Below the pieces are notes generated by a model, which saw nothing but the letters and a program-made list of their open reading frames with translations, did not search any database and was not told where the DNA came from. The translations under genes were made by a program, and so were the position numbers. A DNA stretch of 59,125 nucleotides, the filler included, from Catajapyx aquilonaris (lineage: Eukaryota): the NCBI GenBank assembly GCA_000934665.2. It is 4 parts of 4 records of this genome, joined end to end, with 100 filler letters (N's around TTAATTAATTAA, not from the genome) between each part and the next. Parts side by side here need not be neighbours in the genome. Positions count along the whole stretch, not along the records: positions 14,813 to 29,518 come from JYFJ02007708.1; positions 29,619 to 44,321 come from JYFJ02007709.1; 2 more parts are not named here. One strand, 5' to 3'. Shown piece after piece: positions 26,110-36,731 of the stretch (position 1 is its first letter; each line of letters opens with the position of its first letter).

Positions 26110-27102
26110 ATCGCTAGGAATGCTCTTTCCGACGGGGGTTCTTATATATACTGCGCAGAGGTGAGGCCGTCGTTAAATGACTAATGACGTGGAGGGGGCG
26201 GGCGTATTGATATTGTCAGTGCTGGAAGATTAATTTTCACTGCTTGATGTGGGCAGGGGGTAGGGCTACGATGTACTAACCCAACCTAACCTAACCTTCA
26301 CTCGTTGCGGATACAGCCCTATCCTAAGCGTATACAGCCTTATCTTCACGTATACAGCCCTACGTGCGGATGTGACTACAACCGTAGATAGCAGGATATA
26401 GCGGATAGCGGAATCGCAGTAGCTGCTACGGAGTAGCCGTTATCCGATGGAGTGATCGGATCGGCGATGAACGGAACGGCGCATGCGCTGCGTGTGGGAT
26501 GTCGTGGGTCCCGTGCTCTCCGGAGACGTTTTTATCACCTGACGAGGACACCATATTCTTCCCCCTCCTCCTCCTCCTCCTCCTCCTCCGCCCCTCCCCC
26601 CGTAATATTGGCCAGCATTGATTTATAGGCGGCTGGGTACATGGGTGGGTAGGCCTACGGTGGGTAGCATTCAAGTCCCTCTCCATTCGCTATGAGCCCA
26701 AGTAAAATATTAATGATCGCCTAATACAACTGTAGTAACGAAACATGGCGGATCTCTGATAATGCCGAATAGTCCTTACGTTTTCCTACCATTTGTGCTG
26801 CTCAGGATCTCCCTTGCTAACACTACAACTGACACAAGGAATAAGTGATGGGGTGGGGATCTTGTGTAGTAAATTGTAAAAGGTTTGTGAATGTATCAAA
26901 AACATTTAAAAATCCGTTCTGATCATGTTGTTTTCACGTATCAGCAATGTTTCTAATACCCATTGAAGATAGCATAATTATAAAATATGTTCTACGTTTT
27001 ATATATAACGGTTATAAATACCGTTTTACAAGGTGACATAGTTACTTTGAAAAGTACGTCATTTTACCAACGTCTTTTGAACGTTTCTGGCGTTACATGG
27101 TA

Positions 27103-27720
27103 CAGTAAAACCCCTGTTGTTATTGGACACCCCTATATGTTGGACACCCCTGTATGTTGGACATTTTTGGAGGAACCGTGGAAAAGCCTATCCATTTGCA
27201 TGGGCACATTAGCTCTTAAGTTGGACACCCCTCTATCCTGGAAGTTGGACGCTTTTTGTCACGTAAGTTGGACAGGTACACAGTGAATAATGGGATCAAA
27301 AATACCCATCCAGCCTGCTGATTTTTAGGCCATTTGAAGTTTTTGCCCTTTCTGAGGACTATCAATGCGAGTTAGCCACTGCAAGTGACATGATCAGCTA
27401 TGATAACATCTTAACAACCGAAGATGGATGTGATGGGAATCTATACGAAGTGTTAAAGCAAGTGATGCAAGAATCAGAAAGTGAGTCAGACGGTGAAGTG
27501 AGTGAGACCGAGGCAAGTGGTTGTGACGATGTGCTGCTTTCCCACAAGGATGCTTTAGAGGGCATTAAGCAATAGGAGCGATATGCCTTGGCCTCCCACC
27601 CAAAAGTGATGGACACCATTATTTTATGCAGCCCGAAAACTCATCGAAACTGAACTCATGGTGTCTACGGTGGCCAAACTGAAATAGTCCAGGTTGACTG
27701 ATTTCTTTTGTAAAAAGTGA
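27103..27720 (+). mobile_element. Tigger/pogo deletion derivative
   Basis: TA|CAGTAAAACCCC terminus, TTGGACACCC repeats and an acidic C-terminal relic ESESESDGE..SHKDALEG..SRLTDFF. Confidence 0.72.
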
Positions 27721-28620
27721 GGGTCCATATCGCAGAATCATGTAACGCTGTACTGTACTTTAGTCCCATGTTCTCTACTGATAATACTGTACATGTATGT
27801 ATGTACTACATGTATGTACTGTACACTACGTACTGTAAAAAATTTATGAAGGACGGCAGGGAGGCAACTCCACCTGCCGGATGGCCCGCGAAGCGGGCCA
27901 CCCGGCGCGGGTGAAACGAATAGTAGGTTATCGCCCTCATCCCAATGCTTTTTTCCCGACTTCATGACTCGCGATCGGGTTAATCGATTTCAAATCGGAA
28001 ACAAGATTTACACTCCGCTCACTCCAGTTTCAAACTTTAGCTGGATAAACAACAACTAGGGCCATTACCGGGGTCATTAGCCGGGGTCAAAGTTCAAAAA
28101 AGTGTCGTTACTTAGACCAGGGTACAGCTTACGACACTTCCAGCGCCTAGGACATTCCCTGCTACACCCAATAGGATCGTAAATTAAAATTAAATAACAT
28201 GGTAACACCTTAAATTTAAATGAAAAAGGTGAGGTCGCGTGGAGGGACGCATATGTGCCAGGATATTTTCTACCTTGTGCTTTAAGCATGTTATCTCGGT
28301 AACTATGCGTCGGAGACCCACGTTGCATAATTACTCAAAGTGATCGCCTAGAACCATCCGATCATTTCCCAAAGCGACGCGATGGTAGATTTTTCCGCAC
28401 CCTGGGCACGTATACAGGCACATTTCTTGTACGTTTTCATGCATCTTGTGGTGCGAGTAACTCAAAATCGGTAAAACCGTGACTATAGTTATCCACTTTT
28501 TCTTTGCGATTCAATTATGTCGCAATATTATTCTTTCTTATGCAAGTTTTAATAGCCTCTCAATCTCAGTTCTCACAGTTCTGTCTGTGTCATGCAAACG
28601 TTTGCGTAACTGATATTATA

Positions 28621-29045
28621 CAGGGTGTATCTGAACTCAGTGCCCCGACGTATGTGACTGCCTTCCTAGCCACCAGAGGATCGATTTAAGTATAGGAGTC
28701 ATATGTCTGGGCAGCCTCATTACGGAGATAATTGGCCGCAAACATGTAGTACAAAATATCCTGTCGGTTGGGCCACCCATCGTACCCTCCCCCAGTCAGA
28801 AGGCTCTGGAAGGTCTGGGGACGGGACTTTGTTGGTTTTTTTGCCCACAGGTGGTAAGGCCTCTTTGGCTAGCTACACCAGAAAATTCTATTTAAAAGTC
28901 AGAAGGAGCGATTAGGCAAAAATCGCTAAAGAGTGTATCTCTGTAATGCGGTGGCCAAACATAATGATTCCTATACTTAAATCGATCCTCTGGTGGCTAG
29001 GAAGGCAGTCATATACGTCGGGGCACTGAGTTCAGATACACCCTG
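28621..29045. mobile_element. Tc1/mariner-type MITE with >75-bp near-perfect TIRs
   Basis: TA|CAGGGTGTATCTGAACTCAGTGCC ... GGCACTGAGTTCAGATACACCCTG|TA. Confidence 0.92.
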
Positions 29046-29518
29046 TATAGCCTACTAGTAATATGAGCAGGGTTGTGCTGCAAGGTAACCTGTGTTCTTA
29101 TGTAAGACACTCCTGTTGTTGTGGCATTTCAACCGCGTTATAAGAAAAAGCCGGTCCGATCTGCTAAAAGCACCTCCAACAAAAGTGTAACTTGCAAATT
29201 ATTTTGCAAATTATTTTACAAACTCTTTGGATGCAATGTTGTTATAAAAATTCTCTAATAAGTTATGTAATCTCCCTTTGACAGCCCTTTGATTATGGTT
29301 TTTTCCTCCTAAACGTGTGCTTTTTCCAACACTCCACCTTCAGGCAAAACACGAATTTCTACTATAAAATGGCAGGTACAGGAAGTCAAATTGCACTTTA
29401 ATTACGGCACATCTAATTGGTTGTACGTGATTTAGTAAAAACAAGAATCTGGGTAAATTTTCGGGAAAATCCCCCCATTCCCATAGCTCAAGGACATATT
29501 CGTGATGACAGATTTATC

Positions 29519-29618
29519 NNNNNNNNNNNNNNNNNNNNNNNNNNNNNNNNNNNNNNNNNNNNTTAATTAATTAANNNNNNNNNNNNNNNNNNNNNNNNNN
29601 NNNNNNNNNNNNNNNNNN
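29519..29618. other. Artificial contig spacer
   Basis: N44-TTAATTAATTAA-N44. Confidence 0.99.
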
Positions 29619-29919
29619 ATTACGCCATTTTTGAAATGTACCATCTTTTCCGGAAAAGTACCATTTATATCGAGGGTTGGTACCATTAAGTCGATCTCAC
29701 GATCTGGCAACTCTGACTTACTCACAGAGAGTCACAGGCGCCCAGGAAGGACAAGGACAAGAAGGAACACAAAGGCATGTCAAAGGGAAGGAAAAAGGAA
29801 GTTCCAGAATCCTGATAATGTAGCTCAGATTGCCACAGCTTGACCACGTAAGACTTGACAGTTAACAGCAGTTAATTAATTTAGCCAATAATGACTAATA
29901 ACAAGTAACTGTTTCAGAA

Positions 29920-32481
29920 ATGAGCCGGAGCATGCAGCCACATGGTTCAGAAGCAGATGGTGGATTGCAGGATGGTATATTTGAAAGGGGCACGTACAGG
30001 TGCAGGCACTGTCCAGAAGTATTTCCAATGAGGTATCAGTTGGTGGCTCACATGGCCACTCACTCCAAGTGGGATATGCCGGTTAAGGAGGAAGTGGACG
30101 CGGAAGAGCCTGTCTTTGTGACATGTATGGTTAAGGTCAGTCTTGAGTGAAGTTGTGTCAAACCATAAAAAATAAAGGTGATATTTATTATTAAAGGAGG
30201 AGCCAGTTGAAGAACCTGAAGAAGAAAAGGAAATTATAGTGAGATACAGAGTGCATATGAACTCGTCACAAGAGAAGGGACCTGGCGGGAACCAGAAATT
30301 ACGTGCTTTTAGGCTGCAGCGGAAACCTAGCACTGGTGGTTCCACAGAAGGGATGAAACAAGTAAGCAGTGGAGATTCCTAAATGTCCACTGGTCATTAC
30401 ATTTCAGTTAATGCACCCGTCACATGCACATGATATGGATTTACTCAACAAAATTTTAATGGCACACAACTATGCCAGCAAAACATGACCTCACTGCACA
30501 CCAGATGGTTTTTAAGTTTATTTATTTATTTTATTTTATTTTATTTACCCCGTGATACAACACTTGGTCGTTATAGGGGGTGGCAGACCACCATACAGTT
30601 TTCTAATGGTTTATCTTCGAACTCCGGTGCAAGGATTACTAGGATATAGAGTAAGGGGTTGGGGGGTTTGGGGAGGGGACACATGTGCAGGTGCATTGTC
30701 CAGCGGTGGGCCAGGTGCAGTCCCCCAGGAGGTCAGGTTGCCAAGACGCCTCCTTAGGCGCGGGTCACGACCCATTGACGCAAGCGAAAGGTTTGTTCCC
30801 GGGTGGAGATTTGAACCCGGGACCTTTCGCATAGCAAGCTGAGACGTTACCATTTCGGCCACCATGCCTCCCCCAGATGGATTTTAAGTTAAAGTTGCAA
30901 TATTGGATTCACCTAGGATTATTATCATGAGAGGCTGTGGACCTTGCATTACAGTCACTATTGTCATGAAATAATTTGTCAATATGACAGGATCATGGAA
31001 TGCCCAGTGTAGCATGCCTAATAAATGTCGGTTCTATTGTGTTACAGTGAACCCTCTCTCTTCTTTCCTGGATTCATCGTTCAATTATTCATAGAGTTCT
31101 GAAATAAAACCTCTTTTACTTGAATACTTTGTCTCCAGTGGGCCAATTTGGTTGTATTACGAGGCGCATCCAGAAACTTAGTTCCGCTTTTTTATTAGAA
31201 AAACCACAATGCACCCCCAGAATTTTTATTTACACATCTGAAGCAACAACTGTCTACTTTTTTTCCAAATAGTTTCCAGCCAAATTGGGGCATTTTTCAT
31301 TGAGTTACGCAATATTTTGTATGCCTATGTCAGGGAAGTCTGCTGCCAGCCATTGCCATCCCTGAACGCTGGATTGCAACTCCTTGTCAGCGTCAACCTT
31401 CTGCTTTGCAAGCCATTTCTCCCTGTCCATGGACAGGTGGTAATCGCTAGACTCTAAATCCCATTTGATCAAAAAATTCTCACTTGAACTGTTGCGGCAG
31501 GGTTCCAGTAAGCAAGGCAGTACGTAGAGGGGCATTGTCGCAAAAGAAAACACCCTGAAACTCAATATACTGGTACATTTCTTGTGAATTGCCATCCTTA
31601 ACTTCTGTAATGTCTCTCACAATAAACCTTTGCGTTGAAGAAATGTAGCAGCAGGTTGAATTTCAGGGTGTTTTCTTTCGCGACAATGCCCCCCTGCGTA
31701 CTGACTTGCTTACTGGAACCCTGCTCTAACAATTCAAGTGAGAATTTTCTGATCAACTGGGATTTAGAGCCCAGCAATTACCACCTGCCCATGGACATGG
31801 AGAAATGGCTTGCAAAGCAGAAGGTTGACTCTGACAAGGAGTTGCAATCCAGTGTTCAGGGATCATGGAAATGGCTGGCGGCAGACTTCCATGACATAGG
31901 CATACAAAATATTGTGTAACTCAATGAAAAATGCCCCAGTCTGGCTGGAAACTATTTTGAAATAAAGTAGACAGTTGTTGTTTCAGATGTGTAAATAAAA
32001 CTTCTGGGGTTGCATTGTGGTTTTTCTAATTTAAAAATGGAACTGACTTTCAGGACTCTCCTCGTATAATGCAACCAAACAAAATAATTTTTTAACATTC
32101 ACTGGTATAACGCTGACGGACATTTCTTTCACCATAGCCTCAAGAAATGATCATAGTTTCTATGAATATGAGTATTTACACCACTCGTGTGATATTTTTA
32201 ATGGCACGGCACCGAAGCAGGTTGGCATAGTGGATAAGGCGTCCGACTGCTAATCGGGAGGTCCTGGGTTCGAATCTGGGGCTGGCAACTCTAACCGTGG
32301 TTTTCTGTGGTTTCCCACGGTTCCTCCAGGAGAATTCCGGAGTTGTTTCCTAAACTAATAGGCCACAGCCGCCTCCTTCCTTTCCTATCCTATCCCAAAA
32401 AGCGCAGTAAAAACGAAACGAAGAGTTCAAGTCAAAACAATATCCCCCCTAAAAGAGCCGCTGGCTGATAACAGGGTATGA

Positions 32482-32512
<31 letters not shown>

Positions 32513-34229
32513 AGAGATACTGAGTAATCATATAGAATTATCTTGGATTTTTGAGAGGGGTAGAAGCCGCCTGAAGAAAGCCATGTATATGATGCAATAG
32601 GATGACGTCACTGCCTTGTGCATGGTTTATGGGGATGGTTCATAGTGCAAAGTGCATTCGATGTGCAAAGTAGGTTGGTATGTCCCGCAATCTTCAGCCC
32701 CCTCTTGTGCATGAATCAAGAGTGAATCCAATGGTGGCAGATCCTGCGATTTTCACCTAGGGCGCTCTTTTTAAACCACCACCCGAAGAGTTTAGAATCG
32801 AGCAGGAGACAGAGGGTCAAGCATGTAAATTTAACTTGCATAATTATATCATTCCTAGATTTATCCTTTTCGCACATGTTTCTGTCTGAAGTATTGTGCT
32901 TAGGTTAGTGTTTTTTTATTGTTGCAGAAAAAGGAACTCACAGTTTTACTTCATAGACTCTTGTTCTGTCCACAATGTAATGATCCATTTGTAACACAGG
33001 AAGACTTGGAACATCATAAGAAAATTATGCATTCCAAGGTAAGCTACTGGTTTGGATATTGGTTCATTTGTACTGTGTGCATCACTCTTGGCATTAATTT
33101 CATGTTAATCTTTTATTACCAGGAAGCAGTAAAAAATAAAAGTGGGCATCAGAAAACACACACCTGCCCAACTTGTGGGAAACATTTGTCAACCCCTTCT
33201 AGGCTTAAACACCATTTGGTGATTCATACTGGAGAGAAACCATACAAGTGTCACTTTTGTCCTGTGGCATTCAACAATTATGGCACACGGTTTCGTCACA
33301 TGAAGAGGGCACATCCTGAAAGATCTGTCCCAGTCAGCTGTACAAGATGTAATGGGAGTTTTAAGAACTTTGATCTGTTGAAAGCTCATAGGAAGGCATG
33401 TAGAGTTGCTAAGCTATTCAAATGCAAAAATTGTAGTAGGACATTTCGTACACTGTGGGAGGTAAAGTTACACATGGTTGTGCACACTGATGAGAGGCCT
33501 TTCAGCTGCTCATTATGCAGCAAGAAATTCAAAACTCTGGTATTGCTTGAACATCATGCTGTGTGCCACTCAGATATGAGACCTTTCAGATGTGAACATT
33601 GCCCACAAGCTTTCAAGACAAGGCCATATTTGCAGCGTCATTTGAACAGGATACATTTAGAAGCAGGATATGTCACTTGCAACATGTGTAGCAAGCAAAT
33701 TAAAAGCCTCTATCTTTCAGACCATAAGCGGTTGCATGTGCGAGGCAAATGCTACTCATGCAAAATGTGCCCAAAAAAATATTATTCTCCAAGTAATCTA
33801 CATAAACATATTCGAGTTCAACATGAGGGAGTCAAATCATATGTGTGTGACGTTTGCAACAAGCCTTACGCAACTTTTTCTGCTATGAAACGCCACAAAG
33901 AAGAAAGGCATGGGTTCGGTGGGAGGACTTCAACAAGAGCATATAAAAGGAAGAAATACCTTTGTCATGTATGTAATAAGCTTGTTTTTGATCTGAAATC
34001 CCACATTCCAACACACACTGGAGAAAAACCTTTCCAGTGCAACTTCTGCTCATCAGCATTTGCCGTGAAAGGTACTCTCATGTATCACATTACAGCAATT
34101 CACACAACTGAGAGGCCTCTTATATGCAATGTGTGTGGAAAGAGATTCAAAACAAGAATTGTTCTAAAGAGCCATATCAGAGAAACTCATTTTGGAATAA
34201 AGAGGAAGAAGAGTGGTAAAGCAAAGTAA
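29920..34229 (+). CDS. C2H2 zinc-finger protein, copy 1 (~532 aa, 14 fingers); coding exons 29920-30135, 30197-30361, 32928-33038, 33123-34229
   Basis: Repeated CxxC..HxxxH units with TGEKP linkers. All introns are GT-AG and phase 0, and the same structure recurs in the paralog. Start codon is inferred. Confidence 0.88.
30518..30872 (-). mobile_element. SINE family A-related copy, present in ZNF copy 1 only
   Basis: TSD CCAGATGG(T/A)TTTTAAGTT; empty site in the paralog at ~39155. Confidence 0.88.
31160..32064. mobile_element. mariner foldback made of two inverted 3' ends
   Basis: TA|CGAG ... CTCG|TA; both arms encode the mariner C-terminus DLEPSNYHL..KWL..KELQSSV..DF.DIGIQNI, reading outward. 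Confidence 0.88.
32215..32510 (+). mobile_element. tRNA-derived SINE family C
   Basis: TGGCATAGTGG A box, GGTTCGAATC B box, GTTTTCTGTGGTTTCCC body and (ATT)n tail; absent from the paralog. Confidence 0.8.
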
Positions 34230-34988
34230 GAAGCCAGATGTCTAATGCTCATAAAACTTAGTGTCAGATATGATGTGACATATACGGACAAGTGCACAAA
34301 AATGTCCAGGTAAAATTCCCGGATTTTTCCACAAATGGGCAAATTGGCAGGGTGTAATTGTGGTTTTTTTGTCAACAACTAGTAAATATAAAGCCAATTT
34401 TTCTCACTAGAATTTCACTATTTAGGAATTCTAGGTTTAAACAATTTGCCAATGCCAGCATTTTTTTGTCAGTGTAAAAATACTTGTAGACTTTGAAATT
34501 TTGATTTCGCCACCAACAAGTCCCACACCAACTGGGACGATTTTTTGTTTTACAAATAGCTACCAGTAGCTACGCAGTTAAGGGAGGCATGCCTCTGAAT
34601 GTGCTTGCAACGTGTGGGCAGCCCATGCACGTGTTGCCTGTAATGTACCTTCTCCCAATGCCCCCATTGGAATGCAGAGACTCCCCAACCAGTACACAGT
34701 AGTGAGATAAAAACTTGTGATATGTAAGCCATACATATACCAACTTGTAAATCAACCCAAATGTGAAATATTGCAATTTTGTCTCTTGTACAGTATGTTT
34801 ATAATAACAAACCTGCAGGATTTTTGTCTGGTCTTTCCAGTTCAGGCAGTTCCTTATTCATGTAGCCCCAATTTATGTAATAAAAAAGCTACCATGCCCA
34901 AAAAATATGCAGGATTTACAGTTAACGAACTGGTAACGTAAAAGGCCTCCAACAGCAATGTTATGATGTTAACCTGGTCCCACTATTG

Positions 34989-35206
34989 CAGTGGTTTCCA
35001 ACCTGGGGATCGCTGGCAGGGTTGCGGGGTGTCGTGAGCCTTGGTTCAACTTTATTTTTTTCAATTTCTGTGCCAATGGAACCATTTTTGTGGCCGTACA
35101 GAGTGTATGTTTTCTGGAAAGGGGGCATTGCAGGAGGCACGGGGGATCACACATTTATGGAAACATGTTTAGGGGGTCGCAGTTGGTAAAAGGTTGGAAA
35201 CCACTG
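34989..35206. mobile_element. hAT-type MITE (6242/7240 family, opposite orientation)
   Basis: TSD CACTATTG/CACTGTTG; empty site at ~43185. Confidence 0.9.
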
Positions 35207-36731
35207 CACTGTTGGCTCACAGTGATTTTAGTTAGATGCTGAAGTTGAGAGCTGAGTACCTTGTTTCTGGTTTGTATCTAACCATTACTGCCCCTCACAT
35301 TTGCTGCAGCCTGCAAGCCAAGGAACATTGCTGTGACTTTGCTAATCTGAATCGTATTGTTTGGAGGCCATGACGCCAGTACTGGGGATACAGCAACCAG
35401 CGTTGTGGTTTCAAAATGTCGCATCATGTGCGGTAAAACTTTGTTCAGAGTTGCAGAAAAATCCACTTTCACAAAATGTTGCAAAATGATAAAGAAATGT
35501 AAGTTGGGTGGCTGCCCATTTTTATGAAATGCACAACCTGTCCAATTTGGGTTAATTAAGGCTGTGTATCACCCTGGAGTGGGAATAGCGCGTATCGCAT
35601 GTAACTTATATCCCTGTTTTCTCCTACACTATTTATGGTAATCTTGTCAACCATAATTATCTTAATCTGTTCAGCATGAGTAGGAAATTGATAAGAGAGG
35701 ATTACACTTTGCACATTAAAAAAAAAAACACAGCATTTAAATAGTGGCAAACAAAACACGGTGCCCCATTTTTTCAAATGGATGGCACAAAAGGCAATGT
35801 AGTGCCGAATTGCTCAATTACCTGCCCTCATGAAAACTCTTCCGTGTTAAACAGACCCATGCTGGGCAATAAACGAGTTTGCATTTTGGGAAGAAACTTG
35901 CAGGCAGGGTACCGTACGCAACCAGGCTTATTATAACCCGAATCAAAACACAAACCTAGTCGAGACTGAAACCTGAAGGAAAATAATCAAGGTCATAGAA
36001 TAATTATCATGATGATAAGAGTGGTCATCAAGATTAAGCAATGCTCTGCATCAATAGGCCTATGTCGTCTTTCTAGCTGCGCCCAGTGCAAGTGACAGTC
36101 CGCTGATGAAGCAAATGAAATAGGCCATAATGTGGATCAAAATATCATTGGCAGTATTATGCCTAATTACACTGCAAGATATTTAATAATTAGCAGTCCC
36201 AAGTTAAGTACGGTAACACAGCGGTTCGTCTGTCGTCCTGAGCGAGCACAAAAGCTGTGCCTGCAATGCTCAATGCCCAGGTCTCATTACGACTATCCCT
36301 CTTTGCCTCTATGTTGCAAAATCTAACAGGAAGGGTCGAAATAATGCAGCGGTGTAAACCCTGAAACGGTTTGATTTAAGCGCCTCAAACCAGTGACGTC
36401 ACCCGTGCAAGTTCAGAACGCACTCCCAGTTGTTGTTTTTTTTGTCGAACGCGCCCAAATGGCCCAACAAGTGGCCCAAGATATCAGTCCACGATTCAGT
36501 CTATTAATCTCTAATGCAGATGGCCAGGCATCCCATGTGTCGGACACAGGCTCCCACGAAGGAACACAAATGCATGTCAAAGGGAAGGAAAAGGAAGTTC
36601 CAGAATCCGGATAAGATTGTCACAGTTTGACCGTGTAAAGGCCGGTATCCACGTGTACAAGATTTCTCGCATACGAGGAACTCCTAATTTAGCCACTAAT
36701 TAATTACTAATAACAAGTCACTGTTTCAGAA

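Larger units (their letters stand above)
25397..26533. mobile_element. Composite Mutator-like non-autonomous element
   Basis: TIRs AAACGTCTCGGGAGAGCACGGGACCC / GGGTCCCGTGCTCTCCGGAGACGTTT; flanking 10-bp direct repeat ATCACCTGAC. Confidence 0.7.

Noticed and set aside
26276..26297. Telomere
   Set aside because: Only about four AACCT units, internal to a TIR element.
25387..26550. Hammerhead ribozyme (CTGACGA / AAACGTC)
   Set aside because: The core pieces are not contiguous; they are better explained as TSD plus TIR.
32919..33122. 436-aa single-exon ORF or functional retained intron in ZNF copy 1
   Set aside because: The 84-nt stop-free stretch has canonical GT-AG ends, and its paralogous intron is 85 nt, so read-through is not conserved.
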